DNA of 64,000 nucleotides. It comes from Schmidtea nova. Its lineage: Eukaryota. Of this stretch, positions 11,123 to 20,529 are shown piece after piece. The stretch is from the NCBI GenBank assembly GCA_044892505.1, contig CM097882.1:12462001-12526000 (forward strand), given 5' to 3'. The number at the start of each line of letters is the position of its first letter. The stretch's first letter is position 1. The translations under genes and the position numbers were made by a program. Below the pieces are notes generated by a model. It was not told the origin of the DNA and ran no database searches. It was given only the letters and a program-made list of their open reading frames with translations.

Positions 11123-11521
11123 CTAGTATTTTATCTCCATCTTTTCCTCTTGTTTCTCCCTCTCTTCCCTTCGCGTTTTCATCAAGTTTTTGTAATGTTC
11201 CGCTTGTTTTCTCATCAACTGATAGGTCTCTTCTATCTTCTGTCGACTTCGTGAATTCGTTCCTTTTAGCTTCTCTATTTGTGTTGTCAGTTGTACTATC
11301 TCCTTATTTGCTTCCTCGAGTTCTAATTGATATAACTCCATTCGTCTCTCGCATTTTAGTTTCTCGTAGAAATTGTTTGTCATCACTTCGTGTAGTTCTC
11401 TGTTTTTTTGTTCCACTTCCACTTTACATCTCCTTTCGATTTCTCTTTCTATTGCTTCTCGTTCGTTCGACATCTCGCTTCTAGTTTCCTCTTCGATTAC
11501 ATGTTCGTTTACGTTTTCCAT
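11123..11521 (-). CDS. Accessory coiled-coil protein, 132 aa
   Basis: ATG-initiated E/K/R-rich heptad ORF in the accessory cluster. Confidence 0.6.
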   Translation of the reverse strand: MENVNEHVIEEETRSEMSNEREAIEREIERRCKVEVEQKNRELHEVMTNNFYEKLKCERRMELYQLELEEANKEIVQLTTQIEKLKGTNSRSRQKIEETYQLMRKQAEHYKNLMKTRREEREKQEEKMEIKY

Positions 11522-11645
11522 TCTGTAATTTACAAATTTACACTTGTTATACTATATGTTTATTGTTGTGGTCGATCTTTACACTTTATTTACAGGGTCG
11601 TTCATTCTGACTACTCTAACCATCCTTTTGTTGACTTCGTGTTCA

Positions 11646-13022
11646 TCACTGCTGTACTTGCTTTCTTTTCGATTTCCAACTCCACGTATAGGTTGTCGTC
11701 GTACAACATTTCCCACTTTTTTGGTGTGGTATGAATTTTGGTTCTCCTGTCACTATTGAACATTCGGTGGTTGGTCTTTTGTAAGCTTCGTGCTTACCAT
11801 CGATTTTGAATATTCTCACAATCGTTTCTTTAGAGTTTTTGACCCTCATTATCGCCTTTGTCTCTAGCGGCCATTCTAATATGTCGTCGTAACCACCTTT
11901 ACACAACGCAAAGAATAATGACACATGCGTTTCCTTTCCTGGTCCATCTCCATTTGGATAAATTCTCATCCGAACTTTGTATCCGTTTTTCCACAGATAG
12001 AATGGTGGACTTGTTACCGACACTTGTCCTCCTGTTTTTGCTGTTGTGAACTTGTCGTTGAAGTTCTTGATTTTCCATACATATGGTGCAACCGGTAAAT
12101 TCTCGATATCCTCTGTATCTCGCATCCATATTTGATGTCGTACATTTACTTCTTTTACTAACGTCTCAATGACTTTGATTTTCTCCATCATTTTCTCTCT
12201 GGTGAGCTCAAATTGCTCTCTCGTTTCTAGTAACAGCTCCGTCATTATTCTCTGAGATTCGATTTCTTTTCCCAGCTTCTGTATGGTTTGCTCCATTTCG
12301 TTCAAATTTTCTGTTAGCATCACTGCGTGTTGTACCGTTTCAGTTTCCAAATGCTGTTTCATCTCTTTACTCGTTTTCTTTACTACGCATCCTTGTTTGT
12401 TCCATACGCACTTTCTTGGTCTTGACTCGCATTGTTCCCAATGTTCTCTCAACCTCACCTCTTCTCCGGCTCCACAATTACTTGGACAAATTCCTCTAAA
12501 TTTTCCGCACACTTTCTCTTCTGCTACATTGAGACGTTCTGTTTCGATTACTTCTCTCACTTCTTTTTGTTCACAGTATTGACATTCTATTATCTCTGCT
12601 TTGCACTCGTCCTTGTGATTTTTCAACTGCTTGATGGTTATCGTCTGTTGACACTTTTCACATATCGCTTTCTTATTTTCGCATTTCTCCAGATGTTGTC
12701 TTAGCTCGATTATTTGTTCTTTCCATTCGCATGGTTGGTTTATACACTCGGTTTTTATCTTCCAGATCTCCTTTTGTATTGCTTTGTCTGGTTTCGTCTC
12801 GTTGATTAGTAGTTTATCGTCACACTCTGGACACTTTCTTGTCTCACTTTCGCTCATTATTTGCAATATACATTTGGTGCACATCCTGCATCCACATTCC
12901 GTTTGTCTCGGTTTTAACAGTAAATTTTTACACTTTACACACGTCACATTTACTCCCCATTGTCGATTTTCTCCTCTTAGAATTTCGATTGTTTGGTAAT
13001 CTGCTTCGTTTTCTGCTCTCAT
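11646..13022 (-). CDS. TRAF-family protein (RING, TRAF zinc fingers, coiled coil, MATH/TRAF-C); frameshift in the last ~25 codons
   Basis: RING CVKC...ECGCRMCTKC...CPEC; Zn fingers CINQPCEW...HLEKC; MATH YVWKIKNF...SPPFY...GYKVRMRIYPNGDGPGKETHVSLFF...YDDILEWP. The alternative frame near 11720 gives KWEMLYDDNLYVELEI, the expected MATH end. Confidence 0.92.
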   Translation of the reverse strand: MRAENEADYQTIEILRGENRQWGVNVTCVKCKNLLLKPRQTECGCRMCTKCILQIMSESETRKCPECDDKLLINETKPDKAIQKEIWKIKTECINQPCEWKEQIIELRQHLEKCENKKAICEKCQQTITIKQLKNHKDECKAEIIECQYCEQKEVREVIETERLNVAEEKVCGKFRGICPSNCGAGEEVRLREHWEQCESRPRKCVWNKQGCVVKKTSKEMKQHLETETVQHAVMLTENLNEMEQTIQKLGKEIESQRIMTELLLETREQFELTREKMMEKIKVIETLVKEVNVRHQIWMRDTEDIENLPVAPYVWKIKNFNDKFTTAKTGGQVSVTSPPFYLWKNGYKVRMRIYPNGDGPGKETHVSLFFALCKGGYDDILEWPLETKAIMRVKNSKETIVRIFKIDGKHEAYKRPTTECSIVTGEPKFIPHQKSGKCCTTTTYTWSWKSKRKQVQQ

Positions 13023-13110
13023 TCTACAACAATATTTACATCAATCTCCCCATATTTTGATTTTTCTGGTTCTTTATTTACACGTATTTACACAATTTTC
13101 CGCTTATTCA

Positions 13111-13461
13111 CTATACATCCTCAGTTGAATCCGGCTCTGGATACACGTCTATCTCATTTACAATCCAGCTCGTCCAACTATCTGGTATCTCTTCCTCTTC
13201 ATGTCTCGTTAATCGGTCAATTTCCTCTGCTTGCCAGTTGATCATTTCATTTAATGTTCGGTTCTCGTTCTGTAATTCGTTTATCTGTATTTGTTGGATC
13301 TCGATTTTGTTCATTGCTTCAAAATTACAGTTATAACTTTCGGTTAGTAATTGCGTTTTGGCCGTCAACTGGCTCTGTAATTCGTTTATTGTTCTGGCTA
13401 GCAGGTCACATTGCACTTTCCATCTGGTCGTCATTGACATCTCTGTGGTTTCTTGGTTCAT
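13111..13461 (-). CDS. Accessory coiled-coil protein, 116 aa, ending ...PEPDSTEDV
   Basis: ATG-initiated heptad-rich ORF. Confidence 0.6.
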   Translation of the reverse strand: MNQETTEMSMTTRWKVQCDLLARTINELQSQLTAKTQLLTESYNCNFEAMNKIEIQQIQINELQNENRTLNEMINWQAEEIDRLTRHEEEEIPDSWTSWIVNEIDVYPEPDSTEDV

Positions 13462-13584
13462 CGTTTTTCTAGATTATATACATCATTCTCTTTTTCCGGT
13501 TTTTATGTTTTATAATATTTATACCCATACGTATACGGTTATGCATTGGTTTTTACAATATTATTTACACTCATATTCCACCCT

Positions 13585-15521
13585 CTATACAACTATCACT
13601 GGTTTTCCTTCGTACAGTTCCTCGTCCTCGATCTGTACCCACATCTCTTCGTGTTTTGACCGTCTTTTCAGCTCTTCTCGCACTGCTTTTGGTAGTTTTA
13701 TGTTGTAATTCGTGACCTTTACGTCCGGCCATTTTACTGCTATGGTCTTGTTTCTCATGCCATATCTCCAACAGACTATCATGATCGTTATCAGTGGTAT
13801 ACACGCTATGAATACCCCCATACTGATTAAACCCATTATCGTTTTTCCAATGCTCATTCTTGGAGTCTCGCTTTGGTTTATCATTACGCCATATTGACCT
13901 TTCCATTCTGCTTCCCATTGTTCGTATTGTTGTTGTCTCCGTCTGACTTCTTCGATCACTTTCTCTGGTTCCCATTTTTCTTGTCGACTCGATGTTGCTT
14001 CTTCCGTCTCTGTTTGTTCTCTCTTCTGACTCAATTCCCGAAATTCTAACTTTCTGATTCTCCTCGTTATCGTTATGTTCCTTGGCGTGTAATAGGTTTC
14101 GCACTTTTCTTGTTGATTTCCTTGTGTATCCACTTCTTCAATTGCACACACTTCGTATTCTGCATTCGTTTTTAACTTCTTCATCTCCACCTCAATTATT
14201 TCTCCTTTGTCATTTGATGTCTTTTGACAGTTTCGTGGTGACTTTCCCACATTGTTTGGCATCAATTTCCAACAGATTTCTAGGACCTTTTTATGGATCT
14301 TCCATATTATCAGAGTTGTTAACTCTGGTTCGTTTTCTATCGTCGTCTTTTCTGTTGTTGCCTGTTGAGTCCTCTGAGTAATGGTTGTCGTGGTCCTTTT
14401 TGATTTTCTTTTCCTCTGTTGACTTCTTCCCATTTCGATCGTTCTTGTTCCGTTAATTTGCTCTGGCGTCTTGTACAGTTTGCACTCCAGGCTTCTTTGT
14501 ATTATTTATCTTATTCTTCGAATTACGCAAATTTCATATGCTTGTCCGACTTCGAATCCATTTAATTTAAACGGGATTCCTCGTTCTCTCGTTCTGCATT
14601 GCGGTATTATGTGACTGGTCGATACTCCGATGTATTTTCTCCAACACATTCCGATTGTTCTCCGACCGATGTTCTTTATTTCCACTGTTATTACTTCATT
14701 CGCAATTGTTTCTTGGTTTGTTTCTTTCTTTTTGGGAACTCGATTATCTCCTTTGCTTGGAACACTTTACACTCGCTTGTTCTTGGTCTGTTTCCGTTTG
14801 CTGCTTTTTCCATGAGACATAGTTCACTCATTTTATCTGTCTCTATTTCTGTTATTTCGATTTCTTCATTTGTCTCTGCTTCTCGACTTTCTCTTGTTTC
14901 GCTGATTCCAATTACCTCATTGTTTCGTCCCCAACATCTTCCATTCGTTGTTCGTTGGTCTTGGATGTTTACTAACGTCATCACGCTGATATCTATGTCC
15001 TCCATGATTCTCTTAATGAGGATTAATATTAATGCTACACATATTAATTCTGGTTGGAATGTTAATTTGCCCGCTGGGTTTTTGGTTGTTCTTTCTTTCT
15101 CTGTTCGGTTTCTGATTCCCTCTTCTGCTTCGGTTTGATTCTTCCCTTTCTCCAATTCCACTTCTTTTCTTCTCGTTGTCTCTTCGCTTCTTTTCCCAAT
15201 CCATTTCTGTATCTTCAGCGCTTCTGTTGCTTTGTATAATTGACATGCAGTTACTTGAGGTGCTTTTGGTTCTCCTCTCTGCTTTATTGCGCATATTATG
15301 TATGATTTTTCTTTCTCCAATCCTTTGATTTGGATGACGTCTCGCTTCAAATCTGACAATATACACTTCAGCGTATCGTTTTTCTTCATATTCTCTTTCC
15401 AGCATATTCTTTCGTATACTTCATTTCCTCTGATTATCTCTAGCGTGACGTATTGTTTCTTGGCTTCACCTTGTCCGATGATTGTTATCAATATCGCAAT
15501 ACACAACATTTCTGGTCTCAA
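13585..15521 (-). pseudogene. Frameshifted accessory membrane protein(s) with ~4 FN3-like repeats, signal peptide and C-terminal TM helix
   Basis: Signal MLCIAILITIIGQGEA (ATG 15509). Repeats of pattern C-W-x(20-30)-[IL]xGL/KKL-x(4)-YxxC: RICWK..IQIKGLEKEKSYIIC; GMCWRK..FKLNGFEVGQAYEIC (in a frame not listed in the track, ~14510-14700); EICWK..EMKKLKTNAEYEVC. TM IMGLISMGVFIACIPLITIMIVCW. Confidence 0.6.
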
Positions 15522-15596
15522 AAGTAGACTTCCTGTTCGTTTTCCATAGTTCGCATGTTCGTCTTTTGTTCCACTGTTTTCTCGTTCTTCGGCTTC

Positions 15597-16610
15597 TCAT
15601 TCCTTGTCGTTTCTCGTTAGCTTCGGTTCTTCTTGTCTTTCTTTTTCATTATCCTTTGTTCTTTTGTTGTCGTTGTCTTTGTTGTTTTTTTCATTGTTAC
15701 TTTTGTCGTCGAAATCTCTGTAACCACCCCCTGGTCCTTTCGAAATGTCGTCCTCGACATTAATTTCTTCAATCAGTCTTTCATACGCCTGAACAGCGAG
15801 TGTGCTAGACTCGAATTCTCGTATCTCCATATCCTTGGATGGTTCTATGTCTTCTAGTCTACTTTGCTTGATCGTTTCTTTGGCCTTTGCCCACTCATTC
15901 ACATATTTTCGGAATAAGTCTTTCCATCTTCCCATTTGTTCCTGTTCCTTTGGGTTGTTCGTGAATTTCAAATCTCTTCTCTTTAGGAATTCTTCTACTA
16001 TCTCTGGCTTTCTGTGTCTTAGTAACGCGCTTTTGATACACCAATTCTGATTCTGTTCCATATGGTCATTAATCTTGAACACTGGTTCCTTGGTGATCGG
16101 AATCACCCATGTTAGTAATGCTCTCGTTTTCTCTATGTCGTGTATCATTACAGTTAGACTGAAGTTCTTTACGTTATTCGCCAGATATTCGATATCCTCT
16201 TGTTTATTGATGGACTTTATGAACTTGATCATCTCAAAGTTGTTCCACTGTATTGCGATATCTATGATGGAATTATTCTTTCCATTTTTCCCTTCGATTT
16301 TCGCTCCTGCTTCGTATAATTCATTTAGCACTTTGCAGTTCGTCTTCTTCCTTGCTGCGATTATCATGATTGTATCTCCATTATCGTCAACCGTATTCAT
16401 GTCTGCTTCGCACTTGACCATCGCTTTCGTTATTTCTAGCACTTTGTTTTCTTTCTTTCGACGTAATACCCAGTGTATCGGTATTCTCTCATCCTTTGAT
16501 AGTAGGAATGCTACTGGCATTTGATTTTTGATCGTTTCTATGTCGTTCTCGTTATAATCTCCTTGTGCGCATTTGTGCACTTTCTCTGTAATTGCTCCTA
16601 ATATCTCCAA
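15597..16610 (-). CDS. Ankyrin-repeat protein/domain 2
   Basis: DERIPIHWVL, ADMNTVDDNGDTIMIIAARK, GAKIEGKNGKNNSIIDIAIQWNNFEMIKFI. In frame with the upstream ANK ORF across one TGA (16638-16640). Confidence 0.85.
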   Translation of the reverse strand: MEILGAITEKVHKCAQGDYNENDIETIKNQMPVAFLLSKDERIPIHWVLRRKKENKVLEITKAMVKCEADMNTVDDNGDTIMIIAARKKTNCKVLNELYEAGAKIEGKNGKNNSIIDIAIQWNNFEMIKFIKSINKQEDIEYLANNVKNFSLTVMIHDIEKTRALLTWVIPITKEPVFKINDHMEQNQNWCIKSALLRHRKPEIVEEFLKRRDLKFTNNPKEQEQMGRWKDLFRKYVNEWAKAKETIKQSRLEDIEPSKDMEIREFESSTLAVQAYERLIEEINVEDDISKGPGGGYRDFDDKSNNEKNNKDNDNKRTKDNEKERQEEPKLTRNDKE

Positions 16611-16637
16611 CGAATTTTTGTTCTCCTTGAATTCCGA

Positions 16638-17870
16638 TCATTTTTCCTGTGCTTTTGCTACGATTGCGTCTAATCTCTCTTGATAATCAGCTTTTGCATT
16701 GGACAACACTGCTTTGCTTCTTATTCGTGTTTGCATCTGTTTCATCCGTTGGTCTTGATACACTGCTTGTCTGAAGAATTGTCCATATTTCAGTGCTTCT
16801 ATCAGATCTTTATATCGCTTGCTTATTTCTTTTTGCTGCTTTTGGATGTCATAGAAATGTTCGAAGCTCATGTCCGGATTCCATTGCTTATCACACCATT
16901 TCTTGATTAATTCGAATAATTCTTTCTTTCTGTCTTCCAACTTGTATTCTCTTGGGTTTTCGCTAACCCGTAACGTATCTCTCGCTATTAACACTGCAAG
17001 TGTTTTTGGATCGTATGTTACTTCTAATAGATGTTTCAGTAACGCATTTTCTCCTCTTGTGAACACTTCATTACAATCTACGACCCACGAATCTCCTTCT
17101 GGTCGTTTCCACTTTAGCAATATTTTCCAGGTTTTACTGTTCTTTACCTCGATTGCTTGTTTCATGATCGATCCTCTAGTTAGTTCATCGATTTCCCACG
17201 TGGCATTCTCCGTAATATACTTTAGTATTCGGTGATTTGCTCTATCAATTGCATGATTCAAGAATGTTCGTCCTTCTTTTTCTTTTGTCATCCAATTCGA
17301 TCTGGTGTTTCCGAATAGCTTGATTATTTCATCATCTCTTCCATGAATTGTCATCATCATGAGTGGAGTAATTCCTTCCCAATTCACTTTGTCAATTTCT
17401 CCTCCACCTTCGAGTATCATCTCCACAATCTCTTTTACTTTTTCGTTTCCACTGTGCTTGATTGCATTGTGCAACGCTGTGTTACCGTCTTTATCCTGTA
17501 GATTCAATGTTTGAGGGATTTCTTCCAGTAACGTTCTTATAATTGGATGTGCTGTTCTATCCTTCGCATACTCCATTACATTCTTTCGAACTTCTGTTAG
17601 TATATTGAAATCGTGCCACCATTTCCATTCTGGTATAATTTCTCTGGTCCTCTTTGCCAGTTCTTTGATATCCGTTGCTTTTCTCCGGTTGTCTTCTAGA
17701 CTTATTTGCGGCTTTTGTTGTACTCGTAACATACTGATTCTCGCCGTCTGTGATCTTGTCATTACCCGTTTCTCTGGTGATAGAGTTGCTGTCTTTGGTA
17801 CTTTTCTGCATCGACATGCATTCACGTATATTGGTCTTACCAATGGATTGTTCACCAATCGTACTCGCAC
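16638..17870 (-). CDS. Integrase GPY/F tail continuing into ankyrin-repeat domain 1
   Basis: NLQDKDGNTALHNAI, GGEIDKVNWEGITPLMM, KEGRTFLNHAI. In frame with integrase across one TAG (17928-17930), with KGPYEI between. Confidence 0.85.
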   Translation of the reverse strand: MRVRLVNNPLVRPIYVNACRCRKVPKTATLSPEKRVMTRSQTARISMLRVQQKPQISLEDNRRKATDIKELAKRTREIIPEWKWWHDFNILTEVRKNVMEYAKDRTAHPIIRTLLEEIPQTLNLQDKDGNTALHNAIKHSGNEKVKEIVEMILEGGGEIDKVNWEGITPLMMMTIHGRDDEIIKLFGNTRSNWMTKEKEGRTFLNHAIDRANHRILKYITENATWEIDELTRGSIMKQAIEVKNSKTWKILLKWKRPEGDSWVVDCNEVFTRGENALLKHLLEVTYDPKTLAVLIARDTLRVSENPREYKLEDRKKELFELIKKWCDKQWNPDMSFEHFYDIQKQQKEISKRYKDLIEALKYGQFFRQAVYQDQRMKQMQTRIRSKAVLSNAKADYQERLDAIVAKAQEK

Positions 17871-17927
17871 ATTATTTTCATTTACTGTTGTTATTTCGTA
17901 TGGCCCTTTGCCTGGTCGTTGGAGTTT

Positions 17928-19067
17928 CTAGACCGTACCGGGTATTATCTCTGGTGTCTCGATTATCACCCAATTTCCAACTTTTAAATCATGTGCTTTC
18001 ACGTTCTTTTTCTGATCATGTAGATCCTTGTAACTCTCTTGATAGAACTTGATGTTTAGTTCCGCCGTTTTCCAGATTTCCTGCATTCTTTCTTTGAACT
18101 TTGTAACGTAATCGTCAACCTCCATGTACTGTGATATTGGTGGTTGGTATTCTAAATCTATCGGTAGGTTGCAATCTCTTCCGTACATCAGTTGGAATGG
18201 ACTTAGCTTTGTTGCCGCATGTATTGACATTCTATAGGCCATTAAACACAAGTTTATATATTCATCCCAATCAGTCTGATGTTTACTGACGTAATTTGAC
18301 AACATGCGTATCAATGTCCCATTGAACCTTTCTGTTTGACCGTTCGTTTGTGGATGGTATGGGGATGTTCGTAATTTCGCAATTCGGAAGTAATTCGTAA
18401 CTTCGTCTAATATTTCACTCATGAAATTTGTTCCTTGATCCGTTAGGATTTTCTTGGGTGTTCCGTATCTGCAGCATATCTCTTCCACCAATATTCTCGC
18501 GACTGTTTTCGCCTTTTGATCCGGTATTGCGAATGCTTCTGGGAACTTTGTTAGATAGTCCGTGACTACTAATATATACTGATTCCCTTTTAAACTTTCC
18601 GGCAATGGCCCAACTACGTCCATTGCTATCGTCGCCATCGGTTCTGCAGGTATTGGCATAGGTTTTAGTGGTGTTTTCCACTTCGTTCCGACGTTCTTTC
18701 TTGTTGCGCAGGTTAAGCAGGTTTTTATCCATTCCTTCACATCATCTTCCATGGTTGGCCAAAAATACTTTTGTCTCAGTCTTCCGATTGTCTTTTTCGC
18801 TGACATATGTCCGCCTAATTTTCCGTCGTGATATTGTGTCATAATTTCCTTTCGTCTGTTCGCAGGTAAGCACATCAATCTTCGTTCCCCATCTTGTATC
18901 AATAACCATCCTTTTTCCATCACGTATCGGTGTTGATATTTTTGCATATGATCGCGTAACGCTTGGTTCTTACCGAATATTTCCATTTCCCTTTCTTTCA
19001 AATACTTGCTGATCAATCCCAACTCCTCGTCTTCGAGTTGATCTTTCCTTAGTTCGCTGAAATCCAA
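17928..19067 (-). CDS. pol: Retroviral-type integrase of the giant element
   Basis: HDGKLGGH...CLTC zinc finger; IAMDVVGP, ILTDQGTNF and TNGQTERFN form the DDE triad. Confidence 0.97.
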   Translation of the reverse strand: MDFSELRKDQLEDEELGLISKYLKEREMEIFGKNQALRDHMQKYQHRYVMEKGWLLIQDGERRLMCLPANRRKEIMTQYHDGKLGGHMSAKKTIGRLRQKYFWPTMEDDVKEWIKTCLTCATRKNVGTKWKTPLKPMPIPAEPMATIAMDVVGPLPESLKGNQYILVVTDYLTKFPEAFAIPDQKAKTVARILVEEICCRYGTPKKILTDQGTNFMSEILDEVTNYFRIAKLRTSPYHPQTNGQTERFNGTLIRMLSNYVSKHQTDWDEYINLCLMAYRMSIHAATKLSPFQLMYGRDCNLPIDLEYQPPISQYMEVDDYVTKFKERMQEIWKTAELNIKFYQESYKDLHDQKKNVKAHDLKVGNWVIIETPEIIPGTV

Positions 19068-19134
19068 GTCCTCCGCTATTAATACACATATTTTTTGGAG
19101 CGTTCAGGTTCATCAATTCTGGAAATGTAAATCT

Positions 19135-19692
19135 TGACATGCAATCTGCGTTTGCATTTGCTTTTCCTGCTTTAACCTTTATGAATGGCGAGTATTCCTG
19201 TAACTGCATTGCCCAACGCATCAATCTACTTGATGATTCTTTATGTTGGCCTAACCATACCAATGGTTGATGATCCGTCGTGATATATATTTCATGACCC
19301 CACAATAGGTATTTGAAATGTTTGAGTGCCAATATTATCGCATAGGCTTCTCTTTCGGTGACTGAGTAATTCTTTTCATGCTTCCTGAATGTTCGACTGT
19401 AATATCCAATTACCCTCTCTTTACCTTCTTCATCGAATTGGCCTAGCACTGCTCCTGCTGCATATCCATTTGCATCTGTTGCCAACAAAAATGGCTTCTT
19501 AAAATCTGGATGGACTAATATTGGTGCTGTAATCAGTTTATCTCGTAATGTCTCGAATGCTGCTTGTTATTCTTCTCCCCATACAAACGACACATCTTGT
19601 CTTACTAGTTCTTGCATTGGCTTCGATATTCCTGCATAGTCCTTGATAAACTTTCGATAATATCCACACAATCCCAAAAATTCTTGTATTCC
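19135..19692 (-). pseudogene. pol: RT thumb/connection and Ty3/gypsy RNase H
   Basis: QEFLGLCGYYRKFI...WGEE*QAAFETL...LATDANGYAAGAVL...NYSVTEREAYAI...TDHQPL...NADCMSR. TAA at 19567-19569; frameshift to IN near 19110. Confidence 0.92.
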
Positions 19693-20519
19693 ATACGTTC
19701 GAGAGATTTGTATCTCTTCATCTAACAGATACTCCATATAATCTGATTGTTCGCTCAGAGTTTCGATTTGTCTTTCCATTTCTTCCACTTTTCTCTTCAG
19801 GGCTTCTACTTCTGTTGGTTCGGTTTCTACTTCTATGGTTTCTTTCTCTGCTTTCAGGGTTATTATTTGTTCTTTCAGCTCCTCGTTTTCTTTCGTCAAA
19901 TTCGTTATGTTTTCCTCATAAGCTCGGTTTGATTCCCCATGTCTTTCCTTCACTGCTTTCAACTCTATTTTCTTTTGGGTCAACACCCCTTGATAACCAT
20001 TTACATCTCTTTCCAGACTTTCTTTTTCCCTGATCAACTTTTGTCTTTCCGCTTCCTCTTTCTGTCTGATACCTCGCATTTCTCCATTTATCATCTGTAT
20101 TTGCCATTGCGTTTTCTTTAGTTCCTTTGCCTGTTCTCGAATAAATCGCTGCCGTTTTCGACTCCATTCTTTGTTTGTCTGTTCTTGTCGTTTTCTCTGT
20201 TCCAATTCCTCTTTCAATTCGTCTATCTCTTGATACAGTTTCCAATCTTCGCTGTATGCTGTCTTTCTGATTAACTCTTTGGCTTCTTTATATACTCGTT
20301 TCGACTCCATCTTCCAATGTCTCGCTTGATCTTTGATCGCTAGTATTTTATCTCCATCTTTTCCTCTTGTTTCTCCCTCTCTTCCCTTCGCGTTTTCATC
20401 AAGTTTTTGTAATGTTCCGCTTGTTTTCTCATCAACTGATAGGTCTCTTCTATCTTCTGTCGACTTCGTGAATTCGTTCCTTTTAGCTTCTCTATTTGTG
20501 TTGTCAGTTGTACTATCTC
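19693..20519 (-). repeat. 827-bp near-identical copy of 10476-11302 replacing part of RT
   Basis: Same length and sequence as 10476-11302 with only two differences noticed. It sits between YIDD and GIQEFLGL, where ~65 RT codons are missing. Confidence 0.93.
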
Positions 20520-20529
20520 AATGTACTAG

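Noticed and set aside
19567-20310. Genuine coiled-coil/RT fusion gene
   Set aside because: By-product of the 827-bp duplication; ends at a nonsense codon within pol.
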